Below the pieces are notes generated by a model. That model searched no databases and was not told where the DNA came from. It saw nothing but the letters and a program-made list of their open reading frames with translations. A program made the position numbers and the translations under genes. DNA of 64,000 nt from a virus, in IMG/VR virus record IMGVR_UViG_3300036715_002050, positions 1 to 64,000 of that record. The stretch is one strand, 5' to 3'. Every line of letters begins with the position of its first letter. The stretch's first letter is position 1. Below, one piece after another: positions 46,236-55,800 of the stretch.

Positions 46236-48986
46236 TTAAACCCCCGGCGCCACTAATTGTGGAGTGAATAACATTCTGGCAGCAAAGATACGCATTTGTG
46301 TTGTAGATCCACCGCCTGGGCGAACCAACATCAAAGTGACATAAGACTCTCCGGTAGCGGGTACGGTAGCTCCGGCAATCGTTTGAATGCCCGTAGTAGA
46401 GTCCATCCAATAAGTCAAGTTCGAGTCGGAAAAGGCAGGTGCAGGATAAGTCCCGTTCAAATCTGCGATAGAAAAGTGGACACGTGGAGGGACGTTGCCC
46501 GGAGCGGTGTTCGTCATGTAGGTACGCAAGAAGCCCGCGCCACCCAACACGGGATACTGCAAAGCTCCCCCAGTAGTACCAGAAGTGTAGGTATCGACAA
46601 ATGCGACCAGATACATGGCTTGGGCGTTTGATGCCGCCGAGTTAGATTGCAACAACAACGAAAAAGCGTTGGTTGGAATGACGGAGCCCGCTGGTACACG
46701 GAAGCGCATCGAAATTCCCAGCACCGAACTGGAACCTAAGAACCATGCGGGTGCGCCATAGTCGATATCAGCAGTCACAATGTTAGCGAACCAGCCTTGC
46801 AAAGCCGCTTGGTTGGTCAGGGAAGTGGTGATGTTGCCCGTCCCTGCACCTGCCATCGGCAAGAAGAAAGTTCCCATAGAAACCATCTCGGCTGCTGTAA
46901 CAATTGCTGAAGTTGTTTGCGGCGTAATGTACTTGAAATCTTTACCGGAATACACGCTACCTGCGGCGTCTACTTGTGCGACCGTAGTTGATCCGGTGTT
47001 TTGGATTTGTACAATGGGTGTGATCCCGGTCTTTGATCCAGTGTTTTGGATCACGATGTCTGCCGCTACTGTAGCCGCTGTAAACAGTTGGATTTGTTGG
47101 GCAGCTACAGCTTTGACAATTGTTGGTGCAATAGTCCCGCCGATTACTACGGGACCATTGGCATCGATATGGACTTCTGCAGAACCACCCAATGGAGCAA
47201 TGACGATGTTGCCCGAGGTCGCGGTGATTGTTGTGTTCCCGGCAGCAGCCGTTAGGGTTGTTCCGGTAGAGCCGCCCAACAACAAAGTGGTACCCGCTGT
47301 TACTTGTGTTGTTGTGGCTGCCGTGACCAAGGTTGTCCCGCCACCCCCCACTTGCAAAGCTGACGCGTTGTTAGCGCCGACCAAAAGCTGTGGCTGTGCA
47401 GCTACTTCTACGTCGATTTCGATAGGGTAAGTTGATGCTAGTGACGAAGAGGCAGCGGCACCAGAGTTCAATAAGATGCGACGGCTATAAATGCGTACAT
47501 CATTTGTTAGGTTGTTGGTACCAGTAAATGATGAACCCGGATTTGAAGGCGAGAACTTACCGATCACCAACTTGTTATCGTAAGCGCCACGACCGATGTT
47601 GATTGCACCAGCCCCCAACCCAGCACCGATTTCTCCACGGGTTAAACCCGAAGCAATAGCCGACAAGTAGTTAATGGTGTTAGTGTTGTCGTTCAAGACC
47701 GTAGCTGCCACCGGGTTGGTAGTTGCTATAACGATGTTGGTGGTGTTGGTATCGTTGATTGCGTAAATCTTGCCGCCCGCTGTGGTCGAAGCGTAGGGGA
47801 TTGCCGGTACAGATGCACCAATGTATTGGGTGTAGTTACGAGCGTAAGCACGAGCAGCGGGAGTACGCGGAGCTACGTCGTCAATACGCCAAGCCAAAAC
47901 ATAACGAGCCCCCGGAGTGGTAGACATACCCAAAGTCAACAACGGTCCTACCGCAGCCGTTAAGGTTGTCCCGTCGGTGCCACGTTGCACATCTACATAC
48001 AAGCAAGACAAGTTGGGCAAGTTGATGTAACTTAGTTGATCTGCGACTACGTTCGAAATAGCCGTGGAGTTATCGAAACACAACCCTACACCAGACCAGC
48101 GAATTTGCGTGCCGTTGAAGTCGAAGTTTTGTGCGCTGCCTAACGCTGAATCGGTATACGTTACTCGCACGTTCTTGTCGGTTGTCGGTGAATACCAACG
48201 CTCGCCGCCACCTAGCTCCCACAAGCGGGTCATTGTGGCGTCCATCCAATCGGTCATAGATGTGATGGATTTATCTGTGCCCGCAAAAGGATCCGTAGCA
48301 GACGTAGTCGTGATTGGGTTTTCTGTACGGATGCCACCGATGGTTGCCCAAGGGTAGGTATAGGTAGCCGATGGACTTTGTCCACCACTACCCAAGCGGT
48401 ACGCCAAAGAGCGAGCGTCTTCTACAGACACCACGTTATTGGCCGAGTCCGTCACCACAATAGCTACAGGACAAACTTGCGGTTGGCTGGAGAACGGTAC
48501 CGAAGAAATCAAGATACGATAAGAGAACAATGACGCCAACGGCAAAGCTGCCGCGAACTCCACGTTAGCATTTGGGTCAATGAACTCCAAAGTGTCGATG
48601 GTCGTGTCGGATGGTGCACGAACTAAATCCAAACCTACGTAGTTCGTTGATGAAGCAATAAATCCACCCTGGACTGTAGCGTTCGTGGCGGACAAAGTTT
48701 CTGGAAGTTGTGTAGACGACACCTCTAACACGGCGCCAGCATCAGATGCATAGAAGTGATTGACTTGACCCGACGCGGTGTTTAGCTGTAGCGTGTTGGC
48801 GGCAGAACCGATGGTTGCAGCCGTAACGCCCACAGTAAAGCCGCGCATGATCAATGGCTTACGCCCGGCAAAGATCGACCCCCAAGCTGTGGATGAGTCG
48901 GCCTGCATACCGCTTTCTATCGAGCGCAACTGTGGAATATCTAGACGTTGCCCGCTGTAGAAAAGATTTTGACGATTGATAGCCAT
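46236..48986 (-). CDS. Tail fibre / baseplate-attached receptor-binding protein
   Basis: 916 aa, Thr/Gly/Ala-rich with short repeated beta units; last tail gene before the lysin. Confidence 0.65.
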   Translation of the reverse strand: MAINRQNLFYSGQRLDIPQLRSIESGMQADSSTAWGSIFAGRKPLIMRGFTVGVTAATIGSAANTLQLNTASGQVNHFYASDAGAVLEVSSTQLPETLSATNATVQGGFIASSTNYVGLDLVRAPSDTTIDTLEFIDPNANVEFAAALPLASLFSYRILISSVPFSSQPQVCPVAIVVTDSANNVVSVEDARSLAYRLGSGGQSPSATYTYPWATIGGIRTENPITTTSATDPFAGTDKSITSMTDWMDATMTRLWELGGGERWYSPTTDKNVRVTYTDSALGSAQNFDFNGTQIRWSGVGLCFDNSTAISNVVADQLSYINLPNLSCLYVDVQRGTDGTTLTAAVGPLLTLGMSTTPGARYVLAWRIDDVAPRTPAARAYARNYTQYIGASVPAIPYASTTAGGKIYAINDTNTTNIVIATTNPVAATVLNDNTNTINYLSAIASGLTRGEIGAGLGAGAINIGRGAYDNKLVIGKFSPSNPGSSFTGTNNLTNDVRIYSRRILLNSGAAASSSLASTYPIEIDVEVAAQPQLLVGANNASALQVGGGGTTLVTAATTTQVTAGTTLLLGGSTGTTLTAAAGNTTITATSGNIVIAPLGGSAEVHIDANGPVVIGGTIAPTIVKAVAAQQIQLFTAATVAADIVIQNTGSKTGITPIVQIQNTGSTTVAQVDAAGSVYSGKDFKYITPQTTSAIVTAAEMVSMGTFFLPMAGAGTGNITTSLTNQAALQGWFANIVTADIDYGAPAWFLGSSSVLGISMRFRVPAGSVIPTNAFSLLLQSNSAASNAQAMYLVAFVDTYTSGTTGGALQYPVLGGAGFLRTYMTNTAPGNVPPRVHFSIADLNGTYPAPAFSDSNLTYWMDSTTGIQTIAGATVPATGESYVTLMLVRPGGGSTTQMRIFAARMLFTPQLVAPGV

Positions 48987-49003
48987 TAATTCACTCCGTT
49001 TGC

Positions 49004-49432
49004 TTAGTCTTGTGGGTTAAAATCGGTAGACATAATTATACCACTAAATGAAAAACTACCCGTTACAATGTCCTTGGCCTTGATAGAAACACTTTGACTA
49101 GACACCGTCACGCGTTCAATCCGTAAGATTTCTGTGGTCAATAAACGATCCATGACTTGGATGACGCAATACTTTTGCTGGGTAGCACTGTTAAAGGTCG
49201 GAACAATTCCACGTCCCTCCAGCCCGCCCAAGAAGCGCAACTTGTAGAACGATACGGATCCGCTCACTCCTACCATCCCGGGAGCTTGTTCAAAAGCTAA
49301 TAAGGTATCGATTCCGTCAATCCCCTTTTGAGCGTAGGACACCGTGTAATCAAATCCACGGGTTTCTGCTACAAGCTGCCCGTTGATGATTACCTTTAGT
49401 TGAGCGCCCGCATATGTTTTAGGTAGTTGCAA
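49004..49432 (-). CDS. Tail tube-like protein
   Basis: GA.LKV.ING..V, I.GID....E..PG...VSGS.S pattern of myovirus tube-fold proteins; TTG start after AAAGGA. Confidence 0.6.
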   Translation of the reverse strand: MQLPKTYAGAQLKVIINGQLVAETRGFDYTVSYAQKGIDGIDTLLAFEQAPGMVGVSGSVSFYKLRFLGGLEGRGIVPTFNSATQQKYCVIQVMDRLLTTEILRIERVTVSSQSVSIKAKDIVTGSFSFSGIIMSTDFNPQD

Positions 49433-49441
49433 GATGTTCCT

Positions 49442-52400
49442 TTAAGATGCGATTGCTGCAGCCACTTCGTTTTGGTTGTCGTCACCCCACACGTAGACGC
49501 AACCATTAATTCTATACCCGACCAATCCGGCATCGTAGTTAGCCAAACCGGTAGATCCCGGGTATACGATGATGGTTTGGACGTCCAAGCCGGTGCCTTT
49601 GATGAAGTTGATGGTGTTACGGGCATAAACGTGCGCTAATTGACCGCCCGTCACGAAAGCGATGCCCGAAACTTGGACATTAGAAGGGACGAACGGTTGG
49701 GCTTGAGCCAACAAGATTATATTAGAGCCGGTCGGAACATCTTGGGTGAAGACATAGTCGGGGTCCAAGATCAAAGTGCCGCTAGTAGAAGTGACCGGCA
49801 AGTATCCCAAGTAATGGACAGGTGTTTGTTGGTATGGCTCGCCCAACCCTAAGCAAACGTAGCCCGGAGCGTCCGGGAACTTCACACCACTAGGGACTGT
49901 AACCGTTACGTTGCGATAAGCCCCGCCTTTGACGAAAGCTGTGGTGGTTGTACCGATGGTCTTGGTGATAGGAACCCCGTTAGAGCCATCGAAGATGTAT
50001 GGACCAAAGTAAGTAGTGGCAGCGGTGGGCGACCAAATTTGTGTTGTGTAGGTGTAAGTACCCACGCACAACAAATTCCCGGAAATGACTCCGGGTGTAG
50101 CAACCAACGTCGGCCCCGGTGTCGTCCCGTAAGTGCCGCTAGACAACACCAACCATCTGTACCCACCTTGAGTCACGTAATCACCGACTACGAAAGAGTC
50201 TGTCGTAGGGTACGCCTCTTCTTTGTTGGTGATAGTGGAATCGACCGGCACCGTAAAGGTCGTTGAACCAGTTACAGTGACTTTGAAATTGCCGTTCATC
50301 TTGGACAAAGCCAACCCTTCGATGGATACGCGGGTCCCGCTTTGTAAGTTGTGGGCTGTAGACGTAGTGATGGTCGCCACTTGGGAAGCCACAACACACG
50401 ACACGATAGTGAAGGTGCGGACCGGTTGGAAGTAGGAAGCGTTGGACGTGTTACGCTTTACCATAGACGAAGTAACCGGCAATAATACCTTGGTTGTTGC
50501 CGGACCACTTTGCACAGCAAACGCCTTACGAACCAAGGTGTTCAAGGTCTGCTTGGAAGGACGATAGAAAACCACATCCAAGAAGTTGGCTGCCAAGTTC
50601 GGTTGCACAGCACTTTGGGTGACCCCGGTTGGATTTTGGATTTCGAAGTAAGTAGCCCCCACAGTTTTGATAGGGAATGAGCCACGGTTAGCCGCGTTGA
50701 ACTCTGCACCATAAACGTTCACATAATCGCCCACGCGTAACACGGACAAATCGATGGACGTGGACATAGACCAACGCATATAGTTCGGTTGTGACGCTGC
50801 CGTTGATACGGTCCACGTCGTTGGTACGGTATAAGGAACGTGCAACGCCGTCGCAAACTCGAACGCGTTTTGGGCTTTGCCGCCGGTCACACGCACCGAT
50901 CCATTCATCCCTAGTGCAGCCGAATAGATCCACACGTAGCTTTGCTGGGTCAAGCCGTCATAGAATACGTCGGCCCATCCTTGGTATCCAACATAAGCTA
51001 AGTAACGATTAATCACGTCACATACTTCGCGTGGCGTAGCTAGCGCGATGTTCTGGAAGTCCGCACTGTTGAAAAAGATTTTGACGGACGTTCTCTCTTC
51101 AAACGACAAAGACAAGTCGTCCCCGCTAGATAGCACCCATGGACCCGGAGCAGAAGCTACGTGCGCACGTGTCGCTACGTCCCCGTAGTAGATCTCCAAG
51201 ACTTCATTGAAGGATTGGGTGGTCAACTTATGCGACGTAATTTTGACCAGCAAATCCCGGAAGTCTTCGTCAGACATCCCCAATTCGAACGGGCGAGGAT
51301 AGTCGTAGTCACGACCCCATCTGTCCAAGTATTTACCACCCGATGACGTGATGTGTAGCTGGTTGTAAATCGCCACCGAATTATCGACATTCTTCTGGTC
51401 GCCATCGGCCAAAGCGTCCAGCACCCCTTCCCACCCCGGACCTTGATAAACGGGGTTCAGCCAACTGCGCAGCGCAGCACGCACGCCCGGTGTCGATTGG
51501 TTAGCGGAAATGAGTGGTAAAACTTTTGTGTTAGGATTGGTGGTGTACGAGAATCCGTTGGTTAGCGTAAAGACGCTTGCGTCAGGCAACGTAACCACAA
51601 CATCGTAAAGACCGTTTACGTTTGGTGGGACAGTAACCGTTAAATGGGTTGAATCCGCAAACGTAGTGGTCGCCGCGACTCCGCCGACTTTAACGGTCGC
51701 ACCCGCCACGAAGCTGGTCCCGTTGACAACGACCGTTTGGCCCGTGTAACCTACGTTTGGAGATACGGACGTGACACTAAAACCAGATCCAGCTTGGTAG
51801 TAACCGATCAATGTTTGAAAATAAGAGGCGTTACGTACGGTGTTTTCGATACGGGCGTGTGAAAAGTCACCGTCAGAACCGACCTGAACGCCTACGCCAG
51901 AGTCGCCCATCCAAACGATGCTGCTTCCCCAGTTAACAGTCCGCCCTGGAGTGAATGATTGTGTAACAGAATAGCCAAACGTAGGAGCGCTCACGCCATC
52001 GGTGCGGTGATACCCCAATGTGATTACGCCGATTGTAGAGTCAACTGTCATCCACATCAAAATGTAGTCGGAAGTTAAAGGACCGTTGACGGCGTTGATT
52101 TGGAAGACAGGGTTAGACCCGTCCGACAACGTTACGGAAGCGCTAATGCCATAACGTCCCGAGCCAGAGTTATTTAGAGTTAGACCGTTTACCGTATTGC
52201 TAAACCAAGTCGAACCAGTAGTAACTGAGCCCCACGTAAACCCACCGGTATTGGTAGGTTTATTAAGCAAAGAGATTGTCCACTTATCGGACGCAGGAAA
52301 AGAGGCGGTCCCGTTAAAGTAGTTACCGGCAAAGCTAAACGAAGGTGTAAAAAGATTGACTGCTTTCAACCCACCCAAGGAAGATTGGTTGTAGGCGGCT

Positions 52401-52522
52401 GTGCCCGTTCTACTTAAGCCCGCAAAGGTGCCCAATTGACCGGTGTTTAACAACGACCCCGACGCTTCTTGACATTCAATAGCGATTAATGTAAAAGCGT
52501 CTCCGCCAATTGGTGCACTCAT
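49442..52522 (-). CDS. Baseplate wedge protein with N-terminal LamG-like and IPT/TIG domains
   Basis: IPT SVTSVSPNVG...V.V.GTSF...V.VGG...G.YDVVV; wedge-like G.YLDRWG...PR...MSDEDFR; downstream of baseplate J. Confidence 0.65.
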   Translation of the reverse strand: MSAPIGGDAFTLIAIECQEASGSLLNTGQLGTFAGLSRTGTAAYNQSSLGGLKAVNLFTPSFSFAGNYFNGTASFPASDKWTISLLNKPTNTGGFTWGSVTTGSTWFSNTVNGLTLNNSGSGRYGISASVTLSDGSNPVFQINAVNGPLTSDYILMWMTVDSTIGVITLGYHRTDGVSAPTFGYSVTQSFTPGRTVNWGSSIVWMGDSGVGVQVGSDGDFSHARIENTVRNASYFQTLIGYYQAGSGFSVTSVSPNVGYTGQTVVVNGTSFVAGATVKVGGVAATTTFADSTHLTVTVPPNVNGLYDVVVTLPDASVFTLTNGFSYTTNPNTKVLPLISANQSTPGVRAALRSWLNPVYQGPGWEGVLDALADGDQKNVDNSVAIYNQLHITSSGGKYLDRWGRDYDYPRPFELGMSDEDFRDLLVKITSHKLTTQSFNEVLEIYYGDVATRAHVASAPGPWVLSSGDDLSLSFEERTSVKIFFNSADFQNIALATPREVCDVINRYLAYVGYQGWADVFYDGLTQQSYVWIYSAALGMNGSVRVTGGKAQNAFEFATALHVPYTVPTTWTVSTAASQPNYMRWSMSTSIDLSVLRVGDYVNVYGAEFNAANRGSFPIKTVGATYFEIQNPTGVTQSAVQPNLAANFLDVVFYRPSKQTLNTLVRKAFAVQSGPATTKVLLPVTSSMVKRNTSNASYFQPVRTFTIVSCVVASQVATITTSTAHNLQSGTRVSIEGLALSKMNGNFKVTVTGSTTFTVPVDSTITNKEEAYPTTDSFVVGDYVTQGGYRWLVLSSGTYGTTPGPTLVATPGVISGNLLCVGTYTYTTQIWSPTAATTYFGPYIFDGSNGVPITKTIGTTTTAFVKGGAYRNVTVTVPSGVKFPDAPGYVCLGLGEPYQQTPVHYLGYLPVTSTSGTLILDPDYVFTQDVPTGSNIILLAQAQPFVPSNVQVSGIAFVTGGQLAHVYARNTINFIKGTGLDVQTIIVYPGSTGLANYDAGLVGYRINGCVYVWGDDNQNEVAAAIAS

Positions 52523-52855
52523 TACGAACCTCTCTTCTTAGTCGTGATCGCTTTAGTTAACGTAGCCGGGGTTTGGAAACTGTTTCTGACTGTAACGTCC
52601 CAAGGGCCACCTACAATGTCTGGTACTACGACATTTACGTGCGTAGCGTCTTGGAAGCCAGTCACAAGATTGATACCGCCGATAGACAACGTGGTAGTGC
52701 TGGGCGAGAGGAACCCCTGTACCAACGCCTGCGACCTGCGTGTAGTCGCCAGTGCTTCCAGCCAGTGTCAAATCATGGTTGGGGTCCGACCCAATGTTAG
52801 CCAACGAAGCGGAGTTAGACGCTTCGTGGTAAGGGATATTAATAAGTGTAGCCAT
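52522..52855 (-). pseudogene. Frameshifted or internally deleted small virion gene (LamG-like start + IPT end)
   Basis: ORFs 52553..52855 and 52522..52725 join as ...VAGVGTG|FLSPSTTTLSIGG... if one G of the G4 run at 52714-52717 is removed. Confidence 0.6.
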
Positions 52856-52857
52856 TC

Positions 52858-55800
52858 TTATTCTCCTACAACGTTGACCGATACATCTTGAGTCAAATTA
52901 ATCACCAAAGCTTTTTCGTATGGTTGTACAGAGATCAAGTCGTTCCCGGCATTATACGTCGGAGACAAGATGGCGACCGAAGTTACACCAGATACCATTT
53001 CTGCAGCTGCTACGATTTGGGACAAGGGAATCGGTTGGCCCACGGCACTGTTGTTGATTACTGATGCAGCGGCAGAACGGACACGGTTGATGATTTCGTT
53101 AGTAATCGAAATATCGGATAGCGTACCAGAGCGTACGCGGATGACCAATGATACTTGCGTACGCTTTACCGTCGGACCTTGGATGTTGATGTTGGCTGAA
53201 GACGCTGCGATAGCTGGGAAGGCGTCCGGCGCAGCAGGATCTCCATATACAGTTTGGTTTGCTGTGTGGATCAACCCTGTATCTACTGAATATCCGTCTT
53301 GACCGATAGCCAGAGCAACCGGGAACGATAACTTATCCAACACACTTACAACAGATCCATTAGCGTTAGAAATCGAACCGTAGTTGGATTCATCATAGAA
53401 CAAGATATCCGAGTACGCAGGGTCGGCTGGGTTTAGCTGGATATTCTTGATTTGCTTGTAAAATACGTCTGGGCTAGCTAACGTAAAGTAAGTTGACGCT
53501 GCTTGCGGACCACAAGCAACTGCCGATACCGCGCCTAGTGTCTTAGACAAGGTTACTGAAGAGTATGTACCAACTACAGCCGGGATATCTACGACCGTCC
53601 ACGTACCGTTGTTCGCTGCACCAAGCAAATTGTTTTGCAAATGGAATTGATCGCCAGGCACGATGCTGGTGGACGACATGAATTGCATGCAACCCGCACT
53701 GATAGAAGCTACCTGTTCTTCAACCGCCAACGTGTTTTCGATCCAGAAACCGGTCATAGAAGAACGTACAACACGGAACGGTCCTTGGTTAGCGGAGGAG
53801 AAGCTGTTGCGGACCATGACATACCCGCCGCCATCTGTCCCACCAAAAGCTGTTAACCAATCAAAGAAGCCGCCGACAATGTGGAAGCAAACAAAACGAC
53901 CTTCCTTACGAACGGTCCAGTTCCCACTGCCCAAGACCAAAGAGACGGTGCCCAATCCGCCGGACTTAACTACGGTCAATACGTTTGTGGACGACGCTAA
54001 AGTGTCTGTGGTAGAGAATACGTTCTTTGGCGGCGTGGCAGAGTTTTGGATTTTGCACCAAGATCCACCCAAGAAGCCCGTAGTGGCGTTGGTCTTTACG
54101 GTAACATATCCGTTCCACCATCCCTGCGCAGACGTTCCCGTGCCAAATATGGCGGCCTGAGCGGCATTTGCTGAACCTCCGGTAGTCTGGACCGAACCTG
54201 CCGATCCGATAGTGAACGTATTTTCTTGCAACGAGTGGCCGTTCAAAGCGGTTTGGCTTTGTGCGTTAGAGAACAACCCTCCGACCGCAGAGCTTTGCAA
54301 GTAACGTACGAACGTCGGAGCCGTGATTGGCACCAAGCGCAATTCTTCGTTGGCAAAGTTAAACGAGTTCGAACCAGAGATTTGTGGCTCTTGTACTGAC
54401 GGGTCAATCTTGAACGAAACCGTGGACGTACCGGCAGTGATATTAGACGAAGAAACGTAGTTGACCCCACCAGCTAATTCGTAGAACGGCAACGTCACTG
54501 TCGCGTTGTAGTATTGATCTTCCGACGATTGGGTGACTGTACCCGTACCGTCTCCTACCAAGAAACCAGTCAGAGGACTATTAGTCAACGCATTGACGGC
54601 GGTAACAATAGCTCCGGTCGTATTGGCGCCTGCGTTCAAAGGGTAGAACGCGATGTTGGACGTAGACAACAAAGGTACCATGACATCTTGAATGTAAGGG
54701 TATGTGTTTTCTACGTCCGTAATCATTGTGAACGACCACTTAGTCACAGCGGAAATAGAATGGGTACCGTTAATGTATGGGAAGATGCCCAAGTTAACAA
54801 TGTCGCCAATAGCCAAAGCCGTGCCGCCCAAGAAATTGACTTGGATAGGAGTGGCAGCCCCAGCGGTGCACAAAGCTACGGCATAAGAGACTGTGGACGT
54901 GTACGCGCCGGTAGACAGTTGGGTGGTGCGAGCAACAGAACCACCAAATGAGTCGACGGTGTAAACGCCGTTTGGCAGTCCGGCGTCGGGGGTAGCTGAA
55001 TAAACGTAAAGTGACCCGCCAGCTTTCAAAGTGTGAGTTAAGTCTGTGATGGTCCCGACTGGCAGTTGAGATGCGAAGTTTAAAGCAAAGTAAGAGCCAG
55101 CGCCAGAAGAGGTAATAGCACCAGCAGGAAGATCGAACCCGAACACAACGGTGGCCAAGCTAGGGAAGCCGTTGTGGTACGAAGAAGCCGCTGAAGAAGC
55201 CGACAAGCCGTACTTGCCCTTGTCTGCACCAGTAGCTAGCGTCACGTTATTGTAGAAGAATTCCGACGACGTAGTAGAAGCACCGACTGGGGAATTCGCT
55301 GCCGTACCGTAAGTGTAGCGCATGCGCAAGCCGTTACCTTCTGGCCCAAAGCGCGTAGCCGACCATTTGACAGCCTTGGTGGCGCTGCCCGGATCAGATA
55401 CGGTCTTGGCTTTAGCGTACACAGCAAAATCGCTGAAGTCGAAAGCACCCCAAGCGTTGTACAAGCTGCCCAATGAGTTATCTAAATCTCTTAGTACCAC
55501 GTTGTTTTGGACGTAAGTCTGTCCAACGCCTGGCTGTACGCGACGGTACATAGACAACAAGTAGTTTTGTGCCACTTCGTTTTGGTCGATAGTGACCGAC
55601 AGGTTATCGGTAGGAGAAATGGAGTAAGGACGGGTAGAATTGTAAGAAGTATTGGCAACAGTCGGCACGATTGCTTGGTCTGTGCGAGTGGTTGCAATAG
55701 ACAAGAAGGCCTTGCCCGAAGTGACTTGGATGATGTTGGTACCACCTAGCTCCGCGTTGATGGTAAAAGTGGTTCCACCAATCAAAGTTTGGATGTAGTA

